Shown piece by piece: positions 13,316-26,756 of a stretch of 64,000 nt of DNA; position 1 is the stretch's first letter, and every line of letters begins with the position of its first letter. Made by a program: the position numbers and the translations under genes. Below the pieces are notes generated by a model, which was not told the origin of the DNA, ran no database searches, and saw only the letters and a list, made by a program, of their open reading frames with translations. The stretch is from Octopus vulgaris (taxonomy: Eukaryota): assembly GCA_951406725.2 (NCBI GenBank), contig OX597816.1, positions 159,092,001-159,156,000 of the forward strand. Direction: 5' to 3'.

Positions 13316-16089
13316 GACGAGCTTCTTTCAGTTTCCGTCTACAAAATCCATTCACAAGGCTAAAGTGCTAAGCAGTGGGACTGAACATGGAACCAGTGAT
13401 TGGAAAGCAAACTTCTTACCATGCAGCCACGCCTACGCCTATATGGTCACGCGTGCGCCTATATAGCCACGTATGTGCTTATATATATATGTGTGTGTGT
13501 GTGTACGTGCGTGCAGTTCTGTAGTGAGACTGAATAATCATCTGAGACGGAATGTCAGAAATGCTATTGACGATAAAAATCGGCTCAGGACTTGGTTGGT
13601 ACTCTATTTATCAACCCTGGAATCACAAAAGGCAAATTTGACCTCAGCTGGATTTGAACTTAGAACGACAAATGTCAGAACAAATACTTCAAGATATTTT
13701 ATCTAATGCACAAACGATTCTACCAGACACAAGGTCATACATTTTGTGAGAAGTTATGGTCGATCAAACTGCTCTCAGTACTTAGTTGCAAGACTTCAGA
13801 AAGGAACCTTATCAAGAGGTACACTTCAGAAAGGAATCCTATCAGGGGGTACAAAGTATCTCTCGGGCCCAAATTCCTATTGTGGACTTTAATTTTTTAT
13901 ATATGCAAATAATTTCTGAAACCAAAGAATGCTCTCGGACCCGGATACGACATACCTTTTGCATCTCCTCTGATAGGCCTTGATTGGTTGGTATTTATTT
14001 CAGTGACCTCGAGGTATGAATGAAAGGTCAGGTAGGATTAAATCTCAGTCGACCCTGATGTGATTTGAACTTAGAAAATAAAAAAAAAAACAAACAAAAA
14101 AAAACTTAAGTAAATATCGATGTCAAGATCAGAAAGTTTGGGGCTGGGGATAAATCGATTACATCGACCCCAGTACTTAACTGGTACTTATTTTGTCGAC
14201 CCCGGAAGGAAGAAAGACAAAGTTGACTTCGGCAGAATTTGAATTCAGAACATAAAGACGAGCGTAATGCCGCTAAGCATTTTACCAGAGGCGGCAACGA
14301 TCCTGACAGCTCGCCACCTTAACTAAAGTAAATATCACAAGATATTTTATCCGTTGCTCTACTGATTCCACAATTCAACCACCATTTTATCTCATGAACC
14401 GATGTAGGGCCTCTATCGGTCTAATTTGAGGATGTATTTGTTCATGTATGTGTAGGTCTAGGTAAGTTGCTTTGAGGCAGTTGTTCACGTACGCCAGCGA
14501 TATTTATCCAAGGGAAAGGCGTTTACAGAGTAGAACCACTGTCATAGCAGGGGTTGTTTTAAACACAAAGGAGCGAATCAAATACCGCAAGGCATCTCAT
14601 TACTTGAAGACAAATCAACACAACGTTTGGATTTGTTCCCTTAAAACAGGAAACACCACTTTTTAAATTTAATTTTCTGTGAAGTTTTTGTTGTCTCTTC
14701 CTCTCCTTCATCTCTTCTGTTTCCGCCTCTTCTGTTTCCGTCCCCCTAAAATTCTGCCAAACTACGTCTGGGTTGGTCCTTTTTTATTGATCACAAAAGG
14801 AAGAAAGACAAAGTTGATCTGAGCGGAATTTGAACTCAGTTCGCTGAGTTTCGAAACAAATACCGCAAGGTATTCTCTCCAACGACTCTGCCAAGTTGCC
14901 CTCTCGTGATATGGTAAACATCTCCTGGCCTAATTCTATAAACAAAATCAATTGGTTGATCCTTATTGATCACAAACATCCATGAACGGGTGATGAAACC
15001 TATCAACTCCCACGTATGTGGAATCAAATTACAACGTTCTTGACTTTGTAAAGGGCATTAGCGGAACCTGAGAAGTATCGAAGTATCTACAACAGGGAAT
15101 TGAACACAAGTTGTTTACCACCACCAGTAATCTCACCACCACGGCTGCTGCGATGCATGTTATACAAGTACTATTTCTAATGTTGTGTAATAGGAGTGAA
15201 AGCTACATCAAGGTCATTAACCAGTGGGTAAGAGGGTCGCTTCGCTGGAATTACAGGGATGGAGAAGATGCGTGGGGCTGGTGTGGGTTAAAGTACTTAT
15301 TGAAAGTTGAAAGGTCAATGTTTTGCTGGAGGACTACATGAGGAAGTGGGTTGGCAGCTTGAAATGAATGGTTGACTTTGAAATCAGAGAAATGTTGAGT
15401 AATGTTTGTTATTAGTGTTTTGCGTAGGGTGCGTACCGAGAGATTAGATAATAATATTTATAATCAGAAATAGGAAAACAAGTGAAATAAGCAGGTTCAA
15501 GTGGAAGTAGACGCGGGCATTAAATTCTATTAAGTAGAGGTCGTTACAATTTAACTCCAGATCAACTCTTATCAAGCAAACCGATGATCAAAAAGTATTC
15601 CAGATATGACACTCCCGTCGTTTTTGTTATTTTGCTTTTGTTTTCATATTTGATATCTTTAGAATGTGAAGGCGTATGACTTAGTGTTATTCGACTCACC
15701 ATCGCAAGGTCATGAGTTCGATTCTCGGCGGCGCCTGGTGTCCTTGAGCAAGACATTTTATTTCACATTTCCCCGGTCCACTCAGCTCTCAAAAATGAGA
15801 GTACTTGTATTTCAGAGGGTGTGCCTTGTCACATATTACGTGTCATGCTGAATCTCCCTGAGAACTATGTAAGAGGTACGCGTGTTTGGAGTTTTCAGCC
15901 ACTTGCCCGTTAATTTCATGAGCATGCTGTTCCGTTGATCGGATCAATACTCGTCGTCGTAACCGACGGAGTGCCAGTTGTTTGTTGTATATGTAGAATC
16001 ACATTATCTTGCGTGTCCTTTATTTTTAGGAGGTGAGTTGTAATTTTAGGGATACGCGACTACTGTTTCTATCAGATCAAGCGATTACA

Positions 16090-16713
16090 CAGATAAATTA
16101 AGTACCAGTTACGCACTGGAGTCGATGTCATCGACAATCCCTTTGTCCTTGTTTGTCCTCTCTGTGTTTAGCCCCTTGTGGGTAATAAACAAATAGGTAT
16201 TTCGTCTGCCGCTACATTCTTAGTTCAAATTCTTGAACTACTTGAAGTTGCGAGTCGTAACTGGTCGTGGTAAGTTATACAACTGGGTAAGTTATACAAG
16301 GCGGCGAGCTGGCAGAAACGTTAGCACGTCGGGCGAAATGCTTAGCGGTATTTCGTCTGCCGTTACGTTGTGAGTTCAAATTCCGCCGAGGTCGACTTTG
16401 CCTTTCATCCTTTCAGGGTCGATAAATTAAGTACCAGTTATGCACTGGGGTCGATGTAATCGACTTAATATATATGTCTATCCTTGTTTGTCCCTTCTAT
16501 GTTTAGCCCCTTTTGGGTAATAAAGAAATAGGTATTTCGTCTGCCGTTACGTTGTGAGTTCAAATTCCGCCGAGGTCGACTTTACCTTTCATCCTTTCGG
16601 GGTCGATAAATTAAGTACCAGTTACGCACGGGGGTCGATGTTATCGACTTAATACCTATGTCTGTCCTTGTTTGTCCCTTCTATGTTTAGCCCCTTGTGG
16701 GTAATAAAGAAAT
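16090..16713 (+). mobile_element. Nested/tandem cluster of SINE family A
   Basis: Units joined by aaata|ggtatttcgtctgcc; TSD-like gggtaagttatac at ~16285 and ~16714. Confidence 0.85.
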
Positions 16714-17356
16714 GGGTAAGTTATACTGGGTCTCTGCTGTAAAGTGTCTTTGTTATGGACAGTGCACCACACCAGAGATACATTAAGGTCTATTGATCTT
16801 CGGTTGGTAGTTTGAGACTCGAGCAACTCAGCCGACTGTATCTCTCATTAGGCTTTCGTTAAGGTAAAAGTTATCGATCCGATTAATTGCTCTCTTTTTG
16901 CTGTAGTCAAGGAGAGAGAGGGCTGTTACGCTTTATAGAGAGCCAACAGCTGTTCAGAGCTAAAATGTACTTCTTCCTATGTAATTCTATCATACGCGTC
17001 ACCTAGAATGTAGCTGTTTGTATACAGCTATGTTGCTGCTAACGTTGTCGTTTAGCAACCTGTCAGCTCCGATTGAGCAGAAGTAGTACGGTCGTCAAAA
17101 GCGTTCCAACCATGACTACCCAGTTTTTTAAAAGTATATGTAAAATTATATTATGCATATGCCATTTCCTTTCGAATAAGATGTGATTTGAGAGATATTT
17201 AACTGTTGTTCCTAATAGAATGAACGACTATATAGAGGCAGCCCTTGTTTTCATCTACATTTTTCTGGAGAAAGACTTACATAATGTACTGGGTAAGACT
17301 TATCCTACATTCAATGCTGCCAAACTATAACTAAGTTCTAATGCATATAGAACTTT

Positions 17357-17845
17357 CGGTAATTTTTCAGAGTAACACCCGCACGATTTTCACTAAGAAA
17401 AAAAAAACTCAGATTTTTTTGCGTGGAATCAAGTACCCTGACCTCCTAATATGCTGCAAATTCCTTATTTTGGTTTGGAAAGTGGGGTAGTGTTAGGGTT
17501 TTAGGGTTAGCTTTAGGGTTTTAGGGTTAGGGTTAGGGAAATCCGTCCCGGATTCGTTTGAATTTTTTTTTCCTCAGTGAAAATCGTGCTGGTGAAAAGA
17601 TCAATGGAGGTGGTGGTGGGTGAAATTTCTGAGGCTTGAACCTCACCCTACTCCGTTTTTCGGACCCCTAAAAGAGTTTTGTAGCATATTAGGATGTCAC
17701 ACGAATTCATTCAACGAAAAACAAAAATTCCGATCATCCCCACTTTTTCCATACCAAAATAAGGGATTTGCAGCATATTAGGATGTCAGGGTACTTGATT
17801 CCACGCAAAAAAAAATCCGAGTTTTTTCTTAGTGAAAAATTACCG
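17357..17845. mobile_element. Non-autonomous DNA transposon with CGG..CCG termini, ~100-bp subterminal inverted repeats, internal TTAGGG-like array and 6-bp TSD (aacttt)
   Basis: Termini cggtaatttttca / tgaaaaattaccg; aacttt at 17351-17356 and 17846-17851; TTAGGG units at ~17493-17538. A related fragment lies at 22035-22181. Confidence 0.85.
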
Positions 17846-19004
17846 AACTTTCAGGTGTACATCTTGGGACTATTGTATTTATAAAGAGAAAATCAGGGCC
17901 TATTGATTAATTATGACTACGTCTTGAATATGAAGGTTCCATATTTACTGGACGTTGTGAACCTTAAGATAGTGAGTGGAATAATTTTAATTGGTGAATC
18001 TTATCTATAAAACGCAGATTTTCTCTGTGAGTGTATTGAAAATTCATACATGTACACAATTCCAAATTTTGTGAATGAAAAAATCGGAATTAATATTCTA
18101 AATACCATAACTTGGGTCATGGGGGCATTTTTTCGGTCAAAATAACTCCCAATTACGAAAAAAAATCGATAAAACTACCCATTGTTCCTAGAAAGGGATG
18201 GGAATAGAGCCCTTAGGATCTTCTCCATAGATCTTATCAGAAACAACCGTCATAAGACTTTCCGGCTGGATTCTCAAGCGAACCAACTGAAACAGTGGTT
18301 ATTATCAATCCAGCTCGTTCTTGCTCTAACCATACGTCTCCGGCTGGAGCCGGAAAGACTCTCAGATCTCCGACCTACGCACCTTGGCGAGTAACAACTC
18401 TAATCAAAAGTCCACCAGAACCAAATGTATTTTAATAAAACTTTGTGCACATACTCTCTTTACTATTATACTCTTTTATTTGTTTCAGTCATTTGACTGT
18501 GACCATGCTGGAGAACCGCCTTTAGTTGAGCAAATCGACCCCAGGACTTATTCTTTGTAAGCCTTGTACTTATTCTATCGGTCCCTTTTGCCGAACCGCT
18601 AAGTTACGGGGACGTATTTACTATTATACTCTTTTACTTGTTTCAGTCATTTGACTGTGACCATGCTGGAGCACCGCCTTTAGTTGAGCAAATCGACCCC
18701 AGGACTTATTCTTTGTAAGCCTTGTACTTATTCTATCGGTCCCTTTTGCCGAACCGCTAAGTTACGGGGACGTAAATACACCAGCACTGGTTGTCAAGTG
18801 ATGCTGGGGGGGGGGGACAAACACAGACACACAAACACACACATATATATATATATACATATACATATATACGACGGGCTTCTTTCAGTTTCCGTTTACC
18901 AAATCCACTCATAAGGCTTTGGTCTGAACCCGGAACTATGTGGTTGGTAAGCAAGCTACTTACCACACAGCCACTCCTGCGCCTATATTCACGATAAGCT
19001 TTCT

Positions 19005-19110
19005 TATAAGATAATTCAATAACTCTGCCTTCATCTTCGACAACTGCCTCAATACTGGACCGAAATCGTCGATATGCCTGCACTATATGGTCATTACACA
19101 TTGTGGACAT
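19005..19110 (-). mobile_element. C-terminal fragment of a maT-like Tc1/mariner transposase
   Basis: Peptide HIVQAYRRFRSSIEAVVEDEGRVIE. Confidence 0.6.
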
Positions 19111-19886
19111 GACTGGACAAAAGTGACCTTCAGTGAAGGTACGATATTGTGAAGCTGTCGATTAGCAACGTTTCAAGTACAGTAGTCTATGGGACTTAAG
19201 TCTAGCGACTTTGAAAGCCACGAATTTTGGTGAGACAGTCTACTCAGCTGAAAATGACTAGCAGTTTCGGAACGGTGCAATTCTTTCTTTCTTTCTCCGG
19301 CTGTCACATGCTCAATGTTCTACTGAGTCAAGTGCGGGAGGATCAAGAGGGTGTCTGTGGCTGCTTGCGACTAGACAGGTACCTAAGACTAGACAGGCAC
19401 AATGAACAAATGCATGGTACAAGCTATCAGATCATACATGTGTGCGTACCTAGGAGAGAGAGAGGAAGATAGAGAGAATGAGGAAGGAGAGAGAGAGAGA
19501 GAATGAGTGAGTGAGTGAGTGAGTGTATGTATGTGTGTGTGCGTATGTGTGTGTGAATGTGTGTTCGAGCGGGAATGTGTGTGTGTGTGTGAGCGTGAGC
19601 GACTGCATATGCACATGAATATCTGTGCATGAAAGGTGAGTGTGTGCGTGTATCTTAACGTGTGTATCCTTTTATTTGCCTGTGCAGGTCTGTGTATGCG
19701 TGTATGTGTGTGTTTTCGTACTATCTACGTGTGCGTGCGTATATTAAAGTACATGTATGCAAATGACTGCGTCAATACGCTTCGGTTTTTTTCTTTTCTA
19801 TCCAATAAATCTCTTTTTTTTTCTCTCACTTTTTCATTCACTTTCAATCTCTATCATAATTTTCCATTCATCCTCGGCGCACTCTC

Positions 19887-19953
<67 letters not shown>

Positions 19954-20240
19954 CTCTCACATTCACTCACTCACTCACTCACTAACCATCTCTTCTTCCC
20001 TTTCGTTCTCTCTTTTGTTATCTTTTATTCAACTAAATTTTCTTTCCGACATTCTCGGACACTCTTTCTTGTCTGTAGTAAGCCTCAATGATACTTCGTG
20101 CTGCCCATCGTTCCTCTATGCTCGAAGCTATGCCTTTCAATTTCACAAATCGTCATTTCCTTCTTCACATCGACTCGCAAAAGGCACCGTCGTGACAAGC
20201 GGTCTTTTAAACCTGGCTTCGATGTTTCAAACCTGGCTGA

Positions 20241-20479
20241 TTTCTTCTTCTTCTTCTTCTTCTTCTTCTTCTTCTTCTTCTTCTTCTTCTTCTTCTTCTT
20301 CTTCTTCTTCTTCTTCGTCTTCTTCTTCGTCTTCTTCTTCTTCGTCTTCTTCTTCTTCTTCTTCTTCTTCTTCTTCTTCTTCTTCTTCTTCTTCTTCTTC
20401 TTCTTCTTCGTCTTCTTCTTCGTCTTCTTCTTCTTCTTCTTCTTCTTCTTCTTCTTCGTCTTCTTCTTCTTCTTTTTTT

Positions 20480-20512
<33 letters not shown>

Positions 20513-20540
20513 TTTCTTCTTCTTCCTTTTCTTCTTCTTA
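20241..20540. repeat. (TTC)n microsatellite
   Basis: Direct reading of the sequence. Confidence 0.95.
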
Positions 20541-21048
20541 GAGAGATGGGGAAGAGAGAGATGAAGAAGAAGCATGAGGAGGAGAAGAAGATGAAGAAGA
20601 AGAAGAAGAAAAATTGACCCTAGTACTGGATTGGTACTTTATTAGTGGTACTTTATTATTGATATATATTAAAGGATGAACATGAAAGGTTAATTAACCT
20701 CAGCAAAATTTGAACTCAGAGTGCAGCGTACCGCAACGAATACCACATATCGGTCTTCGTTCCGATATTCTAACGACTACAAAATAACCTCCGTACAGTG
20801 CAATTTCATCATTATTGGTTGCTGGCAGGTGACAGGTTGTGATGAATCCTTGAGTTAACTAACCGGAGAACTGCCCGCTGTGTTGACCGGTAACTACGAT
20901 CATCATTGGTCAAAACTGGACACAACAGTTAAGACGTCATCAAATGCAAACGGATTTGATGTTCTCGCGATAAATTTGAACCAAGCAGTCATATGACGGC
21001 TTACATACAGCGACAAATATGGGCATACAAAAATATACAAAACGCGCG

Positions 21049-21114
<66 letters not shown>

Positions 21115-21406
21115 TACACACATACACGTATACACAAAGGTTTTTGCCATGCTCATCACGGAAAATGGCATAATGTGTGTGTATATCTATGGGTGTGTGT
21201 GTGTGTGTGTGTGTGTGTGAGTGAACTGTGGGTGTGTAACGCGTGGTTCCGGGTTTAACTTCATTTCATAGGACATTGGTCAAGTGTCATCAAGTACAGA
21301 ATCAGCTGAAATAGATTTAGTAAACGGAAAGTACAGAAGTCGGTTGTGTGTCCGTGTATATGTATATATGTCTGTCTGTCTGTCTGTCTGTCTGTATGTA
21401 TGTATG

Positions 21407-21452
<46 letters not shown>

Positions 21453-21671
21453 CACACACACACACAGTGGCTCACATACAATATCTATACAACAGGATAA
21501 GTCTCAAGAGTACTTAATACGTCAAGTGCAGCATTATTTTTGCTGTTTAGCTGTCAACAACTCTTGCGGTTATAACTCAGGGGTTTTGCCAGTGACACAG
21601 GACACTCTCTGTGAGCCCATGAACGACCGAGTAATGGGAGTTGAAGTCACTGACCGCTAAACTATACTTTT

Positions 21672-23343
21672 CTACTCTAGGCACAAGGCCCGAATTTTTT
21701 AGGGAGGTGGGGAAGTCGATTAGATCGACCCCAGTACGCAACTGGTACTTAATTTATCGACCCGAAAGGATGAAAGGCAAAGTCGACCTCGGCGGAATTT
21801 GAACTCAGAATGTAAAGACAGACGAAATACCAATTTCTTTACTACCCACAAGGGGCTAAACATAGAGTGGACAAACAAGGACAGACAAACGGATTAAGTC
21901 GATTATATCGACCCCAGTGCGTATCTGGTACTTATTTAATCGACCCCGAAAGGATGAAAGGCAAAGTCGACCTCAGCAGAATTTGAACTCAGAACGTAGC
22001 GGCAGACGAAATACCTATTTCTTTACTACCCACATTCAACGAAAAAAAAATTCCAACGATTACGGGATTGGCGGGGGAAACCCGAAGTAAAATTAAGGAT
22101 TTGCAGTATATTAGGAGGTCAGGGTACTTGATTCCACGTAAAAAATCTTCTTTTTTTTTTTTCTTAGTGAAAATCGTGCGGTTGTTAATATAGAAATTTA
22201 CCATAATATTGTTATTTAGCCTCAAATCAGTCCTGATACTGCAAACCTGTCATCAAAGACATTCAAACCTTCAGCAAACCTATCTTTTTAGGGATAATCT
22301 AGGACATTGCGTACAATGGGCGTGTGATTTAGGTAGGATGATACTTTGGCTGCTATTTTTTGCGTGTCGAGTGACCAGGTAGAGGCTCTTTCATTGGTTC
22401 GATTGCGTGATGAGAGTTTTTTTTACTTATACTTATATATGTAATATGCATATATATCATCGGCAGAAGTTAGAGGGTAAGTCAAAAGCTGAGAGTTTCA
22501 TGTATTGGCACTTATCAAACATGAATTTGTCCATTGTCACTCTGTAACTTCTGACGAAATAACTTCTAAAATGCAAAATTTTGTCAAAAACGTTAAGAGT
22601 AAACCCTGTTCTATGTGACACATTTTACCAGTATCGGAAGTTTGAAAGTATTTAGTTTTAAAAAAATTCATGAAATAATCTGTACGTCTAATAGAATAAA
22701 TCGGAAATGGATGAAAGGCAAAGTCGACCTCGGCGGAATTTGAACTCAGAACGTAAAGACAGACGAAATACCGCTTCTAAAATACAAAATTCTAAAATAC
22801 AAATTTTTTTCAAAAACGTTAAGTCGATCTATCCTAGTACGCAAATGGTACTTAATTTATCGACCCAAAAGGATGAAAGGCAAAGTCGGCCTCAGCGGAA
22901 TTAGAACTCAGAACGTAAAGACAGGCGAAATACTTATTTCTTCATTGCCCACAAAGGGCTAAACATAGAGAGGACAAACAAGGATAGACAAACGGATTAA
23001 GTCGATTATATCGACCCCAGTACGTATCTGGTACTTATTTAATCGACACCGAAAGGATGAAAGGCAAAGTCGACCTCGGCGAAATTTGAAGTAAAGTCAG
23101 ACAAAATACCTATTTCTTTACTACCCACAAGGGGCTAAACACAGAGAGGACAAACAAAAACAACCAAACGGATTAAGTCGATTATATCGACCACAGTGCG
23201 TAACTGGTACTTATTTAATCGACCCCAAAAGGATGAAAGGCAAAGTCGACCAGGGCGGAATTTGAACTCAGAACGTAACGGCAGACGAAATACGGCTGCG
23301 CATTTCGCCCGGCGTGCTAACGTTTGTGCCAGCTCGCCGCCTT
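21672..23343 (-). mobile_element. Two nested clusters of SINE family A (21672-22034 and 22708-23343)
   Basis: Repeated core, with tail|GGTATTT(CG) junctions at ~21830, ~22015, ~22932 and ~23108. Confidence 0.85.
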
Positions 23344-23730
23344 AGCGAATAAGCATTCATTTTTAGAAAGATGTTCTTTATTCTTATTGCTAAAGCGTTA
23401 CTTACTGACACAAAATTTCGTAACATTTTATCTCATAACTGTTTTTCTACTAATTTTTGTTCAATGCGACTAACGATTCTGAATTCTTCATGCATTTTTT
23501 TATCATTTAAGCCTAAGAAAAGCATAATTTTAATTTAAAATTTAAAACCAAATCTCAAACTATTTATGCTAAAGTGTAGGTGAGGAGGTGTCCTCTTTAA
23601 AACTGTTAACAGTTTGCAATTTAGTTGAGAACTGAATTAGTGGCGAAGCTTAGAAGCTGCTGCGGTCGACGAAATGGTGGACTTTAGAATATATGACTGT
23701 GCATATATATACATGTGTGTGTGTGTGTTA

Positions 23731-23807
<77 letters not shown>

Positions 23808-23819
23808 CATACATATATA

Positions 23820-24625
23820 CAGGGTGCATAGCTAAATTGTCGCTATTTAACATTTTTTATTTCGTGCATGCGCATTGTTTTTTATTTTGTCAACTACACA
23901 GTATAGTTGGGTCAGTTGGGCACCGTTTGTGAGAGAAACAGCGCCATGACGCAATTCACTCTGCCAGAAATTTAGAAATGACATGCTGTACTACTTGGCA
24001 TTCGCGCCGGAAGCTCCAATGCGAACATTTCAGAGTCTTTGGGTGTCGATCTGAAGACAATGCAGAGGATTCGAAAAGATTTGATGAGTCTAATAGTGAT
24101 TGCGAAGGTACGGCAGCTCGGAAAACTCACTCTGATTGTTCTGATAAAAAAAAAGAGCTCCTGAATTTGTTGGTGAGATCCAGGCCATAATTGATAACAA
24201 TCTCTCCGAGTGAATTAAGTCTGTCACCATGGACATAAGGGTGTTTGAGTTTCTTATCAAGCAGGTAATGCATGAAGACATTCAGTATTCCTCATACAAA
24301 ATGAGAAAGGGCCAGTTTTTATCTCAGGCCATCAAGGACAAAAGGAAAGCCCGCGCTACGAAGCTTTTGAACAAACTCAAGCATCCCCTCCAAGTAAACA
24401 TGCTTTGGTTTTTCTCAGACGAGAAAATTTTCCGCCAGGATCAGATGGTGGACACACAGAATAACTGTTGGCTTGCTGTGTCCCCAAAACATGTACCAGT
24501 CAACGTCATTGTGTTTGGAGTGATCACTAGTGATGGCGACATTATGCCTCCATTCACCTTCCCACGTGACCTCAGACTCAACACGGAGGCCTACATTAAG
24601 TGCCTAGAGGAGGTAGTGCTGTCAA
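23820..24625 (+). mobile_element. Tc1/mariner (maT/DD37D-like) transposase pseudogene, 3'-truncated
   Basis: TA|cagggtgcatagctaa terminus. ORF 24229-24633 contains WFFSDEKIF..QNNCWLA..VIVFGVITSDGDIMPP. Confidence 0.85.
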
Positions 24626-24639
24626 GAGGGTGAGATCAG

Positions 24640-26050
24640 TGCAGACAACCGTCAAATGTCGCATAATCTCTCTCTCAGACAGCATTTCCTAAACAGCAGC
24701 AGCAAAAATAAATATATTAACTTAATGCTGAAAAATGAAGAAAACAATAACCTACGTGTTAGAATTGAACTCTCCGGGAAGTATTTTCTTCCTGATGACC
24801 TCCCATACAACCCAAATCAGCTCGATTAGTATACTTCAAGAAGACCTAGAAATGAAACGTTCAGCATACCAAAAAGTGACCATGCATGGGTATGTTTCTC
24901 GTAGACTTGAAGAAGATAATAACATTGACACAAAGCGAAGTCTCTTTTGGACTCATGGCCTATACATCACATCACATTTCGAAAGCTATGCATTTGAAAT
25001 CAAGAACCGTAGATTGCTATTAAATACATAGCCAGCAAAAGAGACTGTGAAGCTCTTCGAATTCCAAGATGCAACCGTAAATGTAGATTTTTTTTTCTCT
25101 AGTTTCAGCTCAGAGCTGCGGCCATGCTGATGCACCGCCGTTTTGTGCTACACTGTTATTACGAAGAACCTCGTCTAATATGTGGCACTTGGTGAAGAAT
25201 GGAGTTTGATACAGCTACTCTCATTTGCACCTCTTGCCGTGAGGTAGGTTCATCTGGGACTCTTGACAGGAAGATGTCCAGCTTTGATTTAAAAACCGCT
25301 ACATCTACTTTGTGCAAGTTCCTCAGACTCTTTGGGAGAATATTAAAAAGCTGTGGGCCCTTGAAACCCAGGCTGTTGCAGAAGCTGGTCCTGAAGCGTG
25401 ATGGCATTGCTGGGATCTTTGGCACTATGCAGTGTCGTCCCGTTCTAGCATTGGTGTAGCTTACAATGCCAGAATTTGGCACAATTACTTCCAGGATCTT
25501 CCAGACATATATTACTGCATACCTCTCCCGTCTTCTCTCATATTTCTGTGGAAGACATCATACTTGTGATTAACAGTTTCCCGAAAATGTCATCGCGGTG
25601 AGGTTGTCGCAGAAACAATATACAAAGTTATTCGGAAAAAAAGACTTTCTTGGATTAAATATAGAGGATCTTCTTGTTACTGTTTAGGTAAACAAATACC
25701 AGCACAAGGAATACTGGTGGAACATTCCCATCAAAACATCTGTCAGGTGTAAGCATAACAAGCCGGATATTTTTGTTTGGGACAGACAAGGAAAAGTATT
25801 TACCGTCATAGAGGTCAACTGCCCAGCTGATTTGAATACCTCTTTGAAAATCAAAGAGAGAGAAGATAAGTATGAACAACTGCTTCGAAACCTCCAGCTT
25901 CTATATCTGAATTACTATTTTACATTTATTTGTAAGTAAATGCCTAGCTGTTAGTCTGGGTAAGCTTCGATTTTCAGAAAAAGAAACCAAGTGATTCGTA
26001 CATTACAAATACAATCTGCAAGGGGAACAGTAAAACTATGCAAGACTTTC
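24640..26050 (+). mobile_element. R4/Dong-like non-LTR retrotransposon C-terminal region (restriction-like endonuclease), split by a CR1-group insertion
   Basis: MHGYVSRRLE..ITSHFESYAFEI at 24880-25000; EYWWNIPIKTSVRCKHNKPDIFVWDRQGKVFTVIEVNCPAD..KYEQL (PD-(D/E) nuclease motif) at ~25710-25900. Confidence 0.8.
25090..25540 (-). mobile_element. 3' end of a CR1-group LINE (C-terminus plus tail)
   Basis: Peptide ERRRERYAVIYVWKILE..GPQLFNILPKSLRN..VPDEP; tail ggcggtgcatcagcatggccgcagctctgagctgaaactagagaaaa. Confidence 0.8.
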
Positions 26051-26240
26051 ACATACGCACACACTTTTGGAGGCGCGTGGTTTGATAGTTAAAGTTTTGG
26101 ACTCATGATCGTAAAATTGTGGTTTCAGTTCCCGGACTGGGCGATGCGTTGCGTTTTGAAGAATGCACTTAATTTCACATTGCTCCCGCTCGCTCACTAA
26201 GAATCTTTATCTTTTTATACAATATACATACACACACATG

Positions 26241-26282
<42 letters not shown>

Positions 26283-26365
26283 AACGTGCGTGCGTGCGTG
26301 CGTGCGCGCGCGCGAGTGCGTATGTGTGTGTATACATACATAAATATATATATATATACACATAC

Positions 26366-26418
<53 letters not shown>

Positions 26419-26711
26419 TATACATGCCTAGATGTATACACATACATATATGATGGACACTCCCCTGTCGAATATGATGTATGAGTGTTCAGCTTTTACT
26501 GAACGAGTTGCACAAATGATTTATTTATAGGGATCAAATGGATGTGCTGTACATTACTGCACTCCTTCCACCAAATCGTTTACCACAGTTTACCACATGT
26601 CAGGTGTCAAAGTGATCGCAGAGAAACGTGAAATGAAGTGTTTTGCTCAAGACCACAACGCATCACCCAGTTTAGGAATTGAAATAAGTAACAAGGATGT
26701 CCAGGTATTAG

Positions 26712-26756
26712 TGCATTACGGCCGTTTCAAGCGGCTACATTTAATCGATCAATGCA
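26712..26756 (-). ncRNA. Hammerhead-like motif with an atypical core
   Basis: Minus strand: stem I UGCAU/AUGCA; core UGAUCGA; decayed stem II AAAUG(UAGC)CGCUU; GAAA; perfect palindromic stem III ACGGCCGU; GUA triplet. Confidence 0.6.

Larger units (their letters stand above)
12780..13440 (-). mobile_element. SINE family B (tRNA head, CORE-like region, internal microsatellite, LINE-like tail); this copy carries a pseudo-LTR insertion in its internal (TA)n
   Basis: Head ggcgtggctg..tggtaagaag..ttcagtcccactgc; tail cagcatggccgca..tgactgaaacaagtaaaaga. Other copies at 1742-1855, 4611-4740, 11030-11315, 18455-18985, 27223-27395, 33895-34045, 34150-34340, 36915-37130, 42195-42650, 47310-47525, 51257-51885, 54355-54738, 57731-60170 and 61445-61600. 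Confidence 0.85.

Noticed and set aside
18455-18775. ~160-bp tandem duplication (a ~120-bp one also occurs at 31400-31660)
   Set aside because: Ordinary local duplication of a SINE tail or low-complexity DNA.
19757-20617. 286-aa poly-Ser ORF, and the RKRHRRDKRS dibasic prohormone-like stretch in the overlapping frame
   Set aside because: Driven by (CT)n and (TTC)n; no signal peptide or exon evidence.
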